In this document: positions 38,398-46,627 of the stretch, one piece after another
How positions within the stretch are numbered: position 1 is the first letter of the stretch
Layout of the letters: each line of letters opens with the position of its first letter
Assembly (NCBI GenBank): GCA_016861085.1
Contig: BOKR01000001.1
Location: 1,098,040-1,162,039 of the forward strand
Direction of reading: 5' to 3'
DNA from: Patescibacteria group bacterium
GTDB lineage: Bacteria; Patescibacteriota; Microgenomatia; UBA1400; PJMF01
DNA length: 64,000 nucleotides
Position numbers and translations under genes: made by a program
The notes under the pieces: generated by a model
Told to the model about the DNA's origin: nothing
Databases searched by the model: none
Seen by the model: the letters and a program-made list of their open reading frames with translations, nothing else

Positions 38398-40687
38398 AGG
38401 GCCAGTTTGCGGTAATAAGCAATTTTTCTTTTGTGATATTAAGTATACTGAATTCTTGCCAAATTGCTTCCGTTATAAATGGCATAAAGGGATGTAGCAA
38501 CTTGAGGAAAATGAGCATGCCTTGAAGCAGTGCTTTTCTTGAAATATGTCCTGACTTGCTTGCTTCAATACATTCATCACAATACCAATGCCAAAATTCA
38601 GTATATACAGTATCAGCTGCCAGACCAATTTTAAAGTCATTGAGCTGTTTTGTCACAGTTTGGACTACTTCTTTTAGTTTTTTTTCAAATGCTTCATCTT
38701 GTGGCGCATCTTTTTCAGCACTTCCTTCAGAAGGCTTTTCTGTCTGCAACATGACAAAGCGTGCAGCGTTCCAAACTTTGTTTGTGAGATTTCGCGCTGC
38801 TTTAAAATCAGGCAATCCAACAGATTTGTCTTGTCCTGGTGTAGAGCGGATGACTAAAGCCATTCTTAAGGCGTCGGCTCCATATTCTTCTTTGACTGAC
38901 AATGGGTTAATGACATTGCCTTTTGATTTAGACATTTTTTGACCCTTTTGGTCACGAACCAGTCCATGTAAGTAGACGTCAGAAAATGGCGTTTTTTGGG
39001 TCATGTAAATGCCTAGAAGCATCATGCGCATTACCCAGAAAGGAAGAATGTCATATCCGGTTTCCATAACAGAGGTAGGGTAGAAGCGATCGAAGTCTCC
39101 TGGTTTTGCATTTTTGAGTGTGACAACTGGCCACTGACTCGAAGAAAACCAAGTGTCAAAGGTATCAGTTTCTTGTAGATATTGGTCATTTGATGGTTTT
39201 GAAAGAGAAACGACATAAGGTACGGAAATGTCGGCGTTCATTGATTGCAGATTTTGTTCAATTTCCTCGAGAGAATATGTTTGTAGCGCCTCAGAGAGTA
39301 GGGCAGAGGTGTATTTTTTTTCTTTGTCTAAGAAGTTAACAGTAATTTTGTTTTCGTATCCGGAGATTTGGTACCAAACTGGAATACCAATTCCCCATAC
39401 AATTTGGCGTGAAATGTTCCAATCCTTGAGGTTATTGAGCCAATGACGCAGGATTTTTTCACGGCCAGCGCCATGAATTTTTGTAGCACCAGAATCAAGG
39501 GCTTGTAGTGCATTTTGAACTAAATTATTTTTTTCATGATTCACACTGATAAAAAATTGAGGCAATGGTAATGGTTCAATCTGGCGGCCACAGCGATAGC
39601 AAATGCCGACTGAGTGTGAGTATTTTTCGTTTGTGTTGAGTAGAAGGGCTCCTCCCTTGTAGGTTTTATATGCTTCAAGGGCGGCTTTTCGAGCATTCAC
39701 AATACCAAGACCGACGTATTCTTTTGGTATAAGTATGTTGTTTTGATCTGCGTTGTAGAGTTTTCCAGAAGTGTTAATCACGGGTTGTGGTACTTCAGAG
39801 ATTTCATTTTTATGGTTTGTCCACATCATAAAATCGTTTGGATCATGATATGGGGTCACTTTCACAGCTCCAGTGCCAAATTCAGGATCAACATATTCGT
39901 CGGCGATAACGGGCATTTTTTTGGTACCCCACGGGAATTCTACCTCTATTTGAGTGCCAATATACTGTTTATATCGTTTATCGTTTGGATTAACTGCGAC
40001 GGCTACATCGCCAAAAATTGTTTCTAAACGTACAGTTGCAACGGTAAGTGGGCCATATTGAATTGTGTGTAAAGGATCGACTTGGTCTTTGTGATCTACC
40101 TCAAGTTCAGAGTAACTTGTTCCGCATTTAAGACAATAGTTGACCAATTTAAAATCACGATACACCAAACCATCTTTATAAAGGGTTTCAAAAGTTTGTA
40201 ACACATTTGAAACGATATCTTTGTCGAGAGTAAATTTAAATCGAGACCAGTCTGCACTAGCACCAAGTTTTTTGATTTGATCAACCGCTACACCAGAGTT
40301 TTCTTGTACGTAATCCCAAATCATTTGAAAGAGGGTAGAACGGTCAAAATTAAATCGAGATTGGTCTTTGGCGGCCAATTTTTTTTCAAAGACAAATTGT
40401 GTTTCGATACCGGCATGATCAGTACCAGGTATCCAAATGGTGTCATTGCCTAGCATACGGTTATAGCGAATTAGTACGTCCTCAAGAGAAACAAACATAG
40501 CATGACCAACATGGAGAGGATCATTTGCATTTGGTGGTGGCATGACGATAGAAAATGGTTTATTTGTGACAGGATTATTTTCTTTTTTGCGAAGTTCCAA
40601 AACAGCGTCGGGGTTAAAAGCATCAGCTTTTTCCCACAAGTCATACATTTTTTCTTCTGTTTGTTGGTGTAAATATCTTGGTTCCAT
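38378..40687 (-). CDS. valS: Valine--tRNA ligase (short form without C-terminal coiled coil)
   Basis: PPPNA..LHVGHA, PGTDHAGIETQ, DWNISRQ, DTWFSS, KMSKS; 769 aa. Confidence 0.96.
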   Translation of the reverse strand: MEPRYLHQQTEEKMYDLWEKADAFNPDAVLELRKKENNPVTNKPFSIVMPPPNANDPLHVGHAMFVSLEDVLIRYNRMLGNDTIWIPGTDHAGIETQFVFEKKLAAKDQSRFNFDRSTLFQMIWDYVQENSGVAVDQIKKLGASADWSRFKFTLDKDIVSNVLQTFETLYKDGLVYRDFKLVNYCLKCGTSYSELEVDHKDQVDPLHTIQYGPLTVATVRLETIFGDVAVAVNPNDKRYKQYIGTQIEVEFPWGTKKMPVIADEYVDPEFGTGAVKVTPYHDPNDFMMWTNHKNEISEVPQPVINTSGKLYNADQNNILIPKEYVGLGIVNARKAALEAYKTYKGGALLLNTNEKYSHSVGICYRCGRQIEPLPLPQFFISVNHEKNNLVQNALQALDSGATKIHGAGREKILRHWLNNLKDWNISRQIVWGIGIPVWYQISGYENKITVNFLDKEKKYTSALLSEALQTYSLEEIEQNLQSMNADISVPYVVSLSKPSNDQYLQETDTFDTWFSSSQWPVVTLKNAKPGDFDRFYPTSVMETGYDILPFWVMRMMLLGIYMTQKTPFSDVYLHGLVRDQKGQKMSKSKGNVINPLSVKEEYGADALRMALVIRSTPGQDKSVGLPDFKAARNLTNKVWNAARFVMLQTEKPSEGSAEKDAPQDEAFEKKLKEVVQTVTKQLNDFKIGLAADTVYTEFWHWYCDECIEASKSGHISRKALLQGMLIFLKLLHPFMPFITEAIWQEFSILNITKEKLLITANWPYEISTV

Positions 40688-40753
40688 GGTTTCTTAATTA
40701 TAACATCTCGAGGTGGTTTTGGATGAGTTATTTTTGATTAAGACCTATAGTAC

Positions 40754-40781
40754 TTGACTTTAACAACCTATAAAATATAAT
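40754..40781 (+). promoter_or_regulatory. sigma70 promoter of island unit 1
   Basis: TTGACT-16 nt-TATAAT; near-identical to 43131-43158. Confidence 0.75.
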
Positions 40782-40851
40782 ATGCTGGCAATAAAAATCC
40801 ATAGGAAATGGGAAACCGTTTTTTATTCTTTCTTATTGTATGGTAAAGAAT

Positions 40852-40916
40852 TACTAAAAACCCCAATTTGCTTGGGGTAGTTTTGGTAGATCTTTGCACT
40901 TTAACATCCTAGTTAT
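40852..40916 (+). promoter_or_regulatory. rrn-type antitermination leader: boxB-like hairpin, boxA and 5' arm of a long-range stem (unit 1)
   Basis: Hairpin ACCCCAA-TTTGC-TTGGGGT; TGCACTTTAACA (40895-40906, 11/12 to boxA TGCTCTTTAACA); CATCCTAGTTAT (40905-40916). Confidence 0.65.
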
Positions 40917-41250
40917 TTTTAATTTTTAGAGTTTAGTCCTATATAGTGAGCTCTGTTAAGTTGTTGATTTGATGAACAATTTGAGAGAGCTCATTATTTT
41001 AAAAACAGAGCTAAAAGGCCAATGATGGCTTGTCACTGGGAGGCTTTGCTTCCCGAAAACTAAATTAGCCGAAGGGCTTAAACTCAAGAACAAAAATAAA
41101 TTGAAAAAATTCCAAAAAAATAAAAAATTCGGAAAAAAGTTTGAACGGCGTCTCAATAGGCGCGCACCACCGGCCTCGAAGAGGTCATGGCGCAACTCTG
41201 CGCCGATCATCTCTGGAGCGAATAAAAACGCTCGCAGATAGGTGACAAAG

Positions 41251-42900
41251 ATGAAAATTTCAGTTCAAGATTTTGGTAAGAAACTGACAGAAATTGTTAC
41301 GTTTCTAAGTGACGAAAAGGGAAACCCCGAGTGGTATTTCCCCGGTCATGCTCGCACCATCAAGTCTCGTTTAACAAGTAATTGGCTGTCAAAGAAGGAA
41401 TCCATTGCGGATACGCTGGATAATCTTGCTTTAGCCATTACGACAAAGTATCCAGAAAAGCACCAGCAACTTGGTCTTACGGCCATGAATAACTCAAACT
41501 CTTTGCGGAGGAGTGCGCGAATTTTGCGTACATTGACTGAAGAAGGGGTTGAGCTGACTGGATTGGACGAGCAGTATTGGCGCGATGTTGAATTGCCTGT
41601 TGAAGTCATCAAAATGGATTTCGTTGCGATTTCCAAAGGTACGTTTGCTGTGACTGATGGTGATTTTTACCGCCAAAAAGAGCAGGCAAAGAAGGAAGAA
41701 GAGTCTAAAAAAGAAGAAGCCAAGCAGGCCAAGCGCGACCGTCGAAAAAATCGTTCCCAAGAACCCCCAAAATCTGAAGGCGCTCCTGTTGCTGAGGGTT
41801 CTACCAGTGGCGAAGCCCAAACCCAAGCTCAGGCCTTTCTGCAGAAAATCAATCTGCGGGCGATCCTGATTGTGGTTGCTTTGTTGATTGGTTTATGGAT
41901 TGCATGGGGCCTTTGGCAGAATAATGGTGACAGCATTATGACTTTCTTCAACAGCACAGGAAATAGTGGTGTCGAAACCACAAACCAGGGGACAAGTGAA
42001 ACTGAAACCACTGGAGGTGAAAACAACGCTGACAGCGGTTCTGGTGTTCCAGGAGAAAACTACAGTGTCATTCCAGACGGCCAACTTTCCGACAAAATGG
42101 TCGCGGCCAAGTTCCTGTTCCTTAAAGTCCAGGGGATGTTGGAAATGCCCGTTACGATTGCCGTGGCATTCCTCATTGCTTTTGTGTTCTACAAGATCTT
42201 TTTAGATCGGACACATGGTGGTGATCCCGGCGATTTTGGCCTGGTGGTTGGTGGGATGCTTGTCTTTGCTTTCCTGGTTTGGCTCCCGATTGGGGAATAT
42301 TTCTTCCCTGGTCAGGGTTTGGTTACGAAGGACGGTGAGCTCATCACTATCAGGGCTATTCAAAACTTTGTGTGCCTGATTGCTTTGGGGGTTTACCTCC
42401 TGGCTGTAGCCATTAACGGGGTGGGTGATTTGACCCCACTGTCCGGCGGCTTCTTCATCGCAGGGTTTGTTTTCTGGTTTGGCCAGCCCGATATGTACCT
42501 TAACTGGGTACCTCCCCAAATTACTTTCGCCTGCTGGGCGATTGGGGCGGGCCTTCATGCGCTAGAACTGTTCCGTCAAGGGACAGTTTTGACTACGATC
42601 ATTTTCGTGATTGTGGGTGGCATCGCGCAGGTACTGATTTTTCTTGGCCTGGCACGCGTTTTTGGTGCAACCGACATGCCAGTCGTCCTGAAATATGCCC
42701 AACTGATGGCTTTTGTTATCTCCCAGAGCGCTGTAGTTGGTGTGGTGGGTTTCCTGCTTTCCGCGGTTGGTAAAAACAAAGTGATCCCGATTAACGGGGT
42801 CATGGTCGGGAAGTTTTTCCAGGCTGTTGACAGTGTGGCGCACGACGCTGCGATTGCCCTCTGTTTCTGGGGGGCTATCTTCTTGGCCTTGTTCTGGTAA
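41251..42900 (+). CDS. Unknown polytopic membrane protein, paralog of 44872..46509
   Basis: ATG at 41251 after AGGTGA (matches the paralog start MKI); ~140-aa soluble N-domain, Lys/Glu linker, TM, low-complexity spacer, then ~8 TMs. Confidence 0.8.
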   Translation: MKISVQDFGKKLTEIVTFLSDEKGNPEWYFPGHARTIKSRLTSNWLSKKESIADTLDNLALAITTKYPEKHQQLGLTAMNNSNSLRRSARILRTLTEEGVELTGLDEQYWRDVELPVEVIKMDFVAISKGTFAVTDGDFYRQKEQAKKEEESKKEEAKQAKRDRRKNRSQEPPKSEGAPVAEGSTSGEAQTQAQAFLQKINLRAILIVVALLIGLWIAWGLWQNNGDSIMTFFNSTGNSGVETTNQGTSETETTGGENNADSGSGVPGENYSVIPDGQLSDKMVAAKFLFLKVQGMLEMPVTIAVAFLIAFVFYKIFLDRTHGGDPGDFGLVVGGMLVFAFLVWLPIGEYFFPGQGLVTKDGELITIRAIQNFVCLIALGVYLLAVAINGVGDLTPLSGGFFIAGFVFWFGQPDMYLNWVPPQITFACWAIGAGLHALELFRQGTVLTTIIFVIVGGIAQVLIFLGLARVFGATDMPVVLKYAQLMAFVISQSAVVGVVGFLLSAVGKNKVIPINGVMVGKFFQAVDSVAHDAAIALCFWGAIFLALFW

Positions 42901-43000
42901 ACCAATCCGAGGAGTCTGGTGGCTTAAAGGTGAAACCAAAAAATAAATAAAAAAAGAATGGCTCCAAGTGAGCCAATATACTAAAAATAAACAAAAAAAT

Positions 43001-43055
43001 ATAACTAGGATGACGGCCGTGAGCGGGGAGGACAATAATATACCCCGCTCACGGC
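43001..43055 (+). other. Unit 1 trailer: 3' arm of the long-range stem plus a GC hairpin
   Basis: ATAACTAGGATG (43001-43012) is the exact reverse complement of 40905-40916; perfect 13-bp stem GCCGTGAGCGGGG/CCCCGCTCACGGC (43016-43055) with no T tract. Confidence 0.7.
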
Positions 43056-43130
43056 GCGAATCACAAGAATTTTAACTGATTTATTAGAATTTTTCTGATT
43101 TGTAAATAATTTAAACCTCTTGTTATTAAC

Positions 43131-43158
43131 TTGACTTTTCAGACCTATAACATATAAT
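43131..43158 (+). promoter_or_regulatory. sigma70 promoter of island unit 2
   Basis: TTGACT-16 nt-TATAAT; shares ACTTGACTTT...ACCTATAA.ATATAATA with unit 1. Confidence 0.75.
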
Positions 43159-43268
43159 ACAAGAACTATGAAAGAGCATCATAAGAGTGCATCTGTTAAC
43201 TCTTCACTAAGAGGAGGGTACGGTGCGCTTTTTTTGTTTGAGTAATAGATGATAAAGATATATGGAAC

Positions 43269-43336
43269 ACTCCAATTAGCTTGGGGTAATTCTAGCGTAT
43301 CTTTGCTCTTTAACATCCTAGTTATTTATTGTTAAG
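43269..43336 (+). promoter_or_regulatory. rrn-type antitermination leader: boxB-like hairpin, boxA and 5' arm of a long-range stem (unit 2)
   Basis: Hairpin ACTCCAA-TTAGC-TTGGGGT; TGCTCTTTAACA (43304-43315, 12/12 boxA consensus); ATCCTAGTTATT and ATTGTTAAG arms. Confidence 0.7.
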
Positions 43337-43733
43337 TAACTTTTATAGATATTTAGATACTTTGAAAAGCGATTTTCATGTATTCCCTTGAGTTTTAGCC
43401 AAGTAGTAGGCTCTGGTAAGTTGTCTTGTTTCTTTTTAGGGACATGGCGATTTACTTGAGCCTGCTATCAACTCACGCTAAACCTGTTTTAAATAACAGA
43501 ATCTGTTGTGCTACCCTGTGTTGTGAAAACGATGCTTTGAGGTGCCCAGATTTGGTAAAGTGTGAGTTTACTTTAGGCTCTCTTTATTAAGATGCCCATT
43601 GAAAAGTGGGCTTAATTACGAACTGCCCGGTCAACGGGCGCTTATGGCCTGTTGGCCGTTTATTGTGATGGGGTTTTTAAAAATGCCCCGAGTAAATCTA
43701 AAAGCCGGAGGGCTTTAAACTCAAAGGTGGATA

Positions 43734-44090
43734 ATGAAAGCGAATGTTAGTGCTCCCGATACTTCGTCTGCTGAAACAGGGGGAAACTCTGTTCAGCGTG
43801 ACCTTATTTTATTGGTTATCTTTTACGCGATTGGCGTTGCGATTCAGGTATTTGGAAAGCTCCCCATCGGGATCTTTTTCAACTTGATCATCGCGGCTGA
43901 AATCGCGGCAATCCCGACCCGGATGTTGTTTGCTCCTAAGGTCAATCAAATGACCGCTAATAGCAAAAAGCACCTCGGCGAGGAAGCCCACGAAGTGGGC
44001 AAGGGGATTGCTTTCCTGTTTTTCTCGATTCTGGTTGGTATTCCGGCGTTTGGGTTGCTTTGCATCCCCTACATCCTGTTGTTAGTATAG
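43734..44090 (+). CDS. Small unknown membrane protein (3 TM)
   Basis: 118 aa with hydrophobic segments; AAGGTGG before the ATG. Confidence 0.7.
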   Translation: MKANVSAPDTSSAETGGNSVQRDLILLVIFYAIGVAIQVFGKLPIGIFFNLIIAAEIAAIPTRMLFAPKVNQMTANSKKHLGEEAHEVGKGIAFLFFSILVGIPAFGLLCIPYILLLV

Positions 44091-44125
44091 TCGGCCGGTG
44101 GCCGAAAACTTAGAGGGTGAATAAA

Positions 44126-44818
44126 ATGATGCGTTTAATGGATAAACTGTTCGAGCGCCCTTTGTTGGCACTACTTGTTCTTGCTCTATTAATCGGTTTT
44201 TCTGTGTTGCCCGACATAATTGGTGGGCCACCGCAACCCATGGGCACAGACTATGTTGGTCTGGTCCGCGAGTTTGACGGCAAAACCTATTATTGTAATC
44301 AGGTGACCAACACAAACCATTGTAGTGAGTGGGAGGACGTGGCAGACAGTGCGACAGATGTTGCCGATGCCTTTGGCCCCGGAATGTTGGGGGTCGCCAA
44401 AGGGGAAGCGCCGTTGCTTCCCACCGATTTGTGGTATTCTGCATTCCTGAACCCGATCAACACGACCGTTTTCAGCCTTAGCATGGAAACCGGGATACCC
44501 GTGTTTGCCATTTTGCTAGGTAGTGTGTTGCTTTTTTGGTTTTTGACCCTCAGGGCGTTGAAGCCAAAGAGTGTTGGTGTGGTGTTGGCGGTCACCGTTT
44601 TACCGGGATATGTGGCATTCATGTCGGCCGCCACGTTGAGTGGTGGCATGGCCCTAGTTACTATCGTCCACCTTTGTGGTGTGCCATTGCTATTGCTAAT
44701 TGTTGTTCTTAAGCTTTTTGCAGGGATTAACATTAGCACTGGTTCTCGGCGATCCGCTGATGGGGAATTTGAAACTTATACTGTGATTGGAAAAGGCGGA
44801 GGTCTCCGCCGTAAATAG
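44126..44818 (+). CDS. Unknown membrane protein
   Basis: ATG at 44126 after GAGGGTGA; N-terminal TM, small exported loop with a Cys pair, 3 C-terminal TMs and a basic tail. Confidence 0.72.
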   Translation: MMRLMDKLFERPLLALLVLALLIGFSVLPDIIGGPPQPMGTDYVGLVREFDGKTYYCNQVTNTNHCSEWEDVADSATDVADAFGPGMLGVAKGEAPLLPTDLWYSAFLNPINTTVFSLSMETGIPVFAILLGSVLLFWFLTLRALKPKSVGVVLAVTVLPGYVAFMSAATLSGGMALVTIVHLCGVPLLLLIVVLKLFAGINISTGSRRSADGEFETYTVIGKGGGLRRK

Positions 44819-44871
44819 TTTTTTGAGGGGCGGCTTGAATAAGGTCGCCCCCAAAAAGGGGTGAAATTACC

Positions 44872-46509
44872 ATGAAAATCACGAGCAAAACCTTAAGGGA
44901 AAAATTGGTTAAGCTCTGTAACGAACTTAATCAAGAAACAGGGGAGTACCAAGATTGGTACTTCCCGGAAGAATCAAAGTCAATTCGAGAACATCTGCCT
45001 CCTGGTGGCTGGCTGAAGCAAAAAGCCAAGCTGATGAAAGGCCTGGAGGCCGTGGCGAACGCTATGACTTCAAAATACGGCAAAGGCCATGAGTTAGGCC
45101 TGGCGGCAATCAGTAACTCTAATATGGTTCGTCGTCTTGCTCATATCTTAGACCAGTTTACTGGCGAAGATATGGAGATTGGCGGCCTTGATGAGCTATA
45201 CTGGAAAGAAGCCGATATCGCAATAGAAGTCATAGAAATGGACTTTGCCAGGATCAAGAAAAAGGTCTTCGCATCCACAGAAGGTGAACTCTACCGTCTT
45301 GAAAAGGCAGATGCTGATGCAAAGGCCAAAGCAGAGAAGGAAAAGCAAGAAGCAAAGAAGAGTAAAGGTAAGAAAAAGAAGGAGAAGAAAAATGAAAGTT
45401 CTCCTCCTGAAGCTCCTGCCCCAGAAGCTGAAAATGCTGAATCCGAACCTGCACAAGAACAAACGGCCGCACCGGCCGGTAAGAAATTCGGCTTACCCAA
45501 TGTGAACTTTTCAATGAAGAAAGTGGTTGGGGTCGTAGCTGTTTTAGTTGCCCTCTATCTGATTCTGGGTACAGGTTTGCTTGGTACCATCACTGGCATG
45601 ATTAGCGGTGATGGCGCCAGTCAACCGCTGGTGTACAATCAGGTAGATCCGAATGCAACTTCGCCAGGTTACACTGTTAACCCAGATGGGACAATCACGT
45701 TGAACCCCACTGATAACAGCTCCAACCCTGCCGTACAGATAACGCCATCGGCCCAAAACTTGCAAACGAAAGTTCAAAACTTACTTGCCCTTTTAAAAGA
45801 AGGGAGGTTGGTGGCGATGATTCTCCTGAGTTTGGGCGGCCTGGTTTTAATAATGTTTGATCGTGCGGCCGACTTCGAAGTAGAGGATTTCTACGTTTCT
45901 CTGGCAATATTGGCGGCATACCTTGTCATGGTACTCCTGACAGATGGTACTGTGACTTTGGCCGGGAAGCAAATAGAAATGGACCTGCTCTTAACTATCC
46001 TGATGGCTGGGGCGCTCTTTGTGGTTGCCTGGCTGGGCAACCGCGACTTCACTGTCGTTTCTGTTGGGATGTTTCTAGCTGGGAACATCCTATTCGTCAC
46101 GAACATTACAGCTTTTGCGGCGTTCCAGCCACCACCGGTTGCCCTGCAAGCCTGGGCCATAGGTGGAGCAGTTCAATTAATGGAGATGATCCGCCAGGAA
46201 AATACGGGTAAGACGATTCTGATTGGGGCAGTTGGGATTGTTGTTCAGGCAGTCCTGTTTTTCGTGATTCTGGGCAAGCTTTCCACAGCGACAGACCCGT
46301 TTGTTGTGAGCCATGTGCAGGTGATCAGTTACACGTCAGCGATCATTCTCACGTTCATCGGCATCGTTGGCTTCATGTTTGCTGGCCTAAAAACGGATGT
46401 GTTCAAAAACATCAACGGCATCCAAAATACAATTAACACGGCGATGTTCGACGTCGCTGTGGTTGCGAACTGTTTTGGGGCGTTATGGCTTATGCTCTAC
46501 ATTTGGTAA
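44872..46509 (+). CDS. Unknown polytopic membrane protein, paralog of 41251..42900
   Basis: Shared motifs WYFP, T.KY, LGL.A..NSN..RR, GLDE.YW, EVI.MDF, G..YR, WAIG, E..RQ and C-terminal W; AGGGGTGA before the ATG. Confidence 0.8.
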   Translation: MKITSKTLREKLVKLCNELNQETGEYQDWYFPEESKSIREHLPPGGWLKQKAKLMKGLEAVANAMTSKYGKGHELGLAAISNSNMVRRLAHILDQFTGEDMEIGGLDELYWKEADIAIEVIEMDFARIKKKVFASTEGELYRLEKADADAKAKAEKEKQEAKKSKGKKKKEKKNESSPPEAPAPEAENAESEPAQEQTAAPAGKKFGLPNVNFSMKKVVGVVAVLVALYLILGTGLLGTITGMISGDGASQPLVYNQVDPNATSPGYTVNPDGTITLNPTDNSSNPAVQITPSAQNLQTKVQNLLALLKEGRLVAMILLSLGGLVLIMFDRAADFEVEDFYVSLAILAAYLVMVLLTDGTVTLAGKQIEMDLLLTILMAGALFVVAWLGNRDFTVVSVGMFLAGNILFVTNITAFAAFQPPPVALQAWAIGGAVQLMEMIRQENTGKTILIGAVGIVVQAVLFFVILGKLSTATDPFVVSHVQVISYTSAIILTFIGIVGFMFAGLKTDVFKNINGIQNTINTAMFDVAVVANCFGALWLMLYIW

Positions 46510-46548
46510 GTATCTATGAATTAAACAAAACGCTCCCACTAGGGAGCC

Positions 46549-46624
46549 CTTAACAATTCGCCCGAGAGGGCGATACATAATAACTAGGATTCACATGCCG
46601 CAGGCGTAACCCGCCTGCGGCATG
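46549..46624 (+). other. Unit 2 trailer: 3' arms of the long-range stem plus a GC hairpin
   Basis: CTTAACAAT (46549-46557) and AATAACTAGGAT (46579-46590) are complementary to 43328-43336 and 43315-43326; perfect 13-bp stem CATGCCGCAGGCG/CGCCTGCGGCATG (46594-46624). Confidence 0.7.
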
Positions 46625-46627
46625 AAT

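Noticed and set aside
40956-41210. 84-aa minus-strand ORF in the unit 1 leader
   Set aside because: Low-complexity, antisense to the structured leader and not conserved in unit 2.
40929-43730. Real rRNA or tRNA genes after the boxA elements
   Set aside because: Only short 16S-like words are present; no full rRNA or tRNA cloverleaf was found.
40754-46624. Island as a prophage, IS or integron
   Set aside because: No integrase, transposase, tRNA target, att repeats or attC-type ends are visible.
43016-46624. Trailer GC hairpins as classic intrinsic terminators
   Set aside because: Neither has a T tract on either strand, so they are reported as 3' structures instead.
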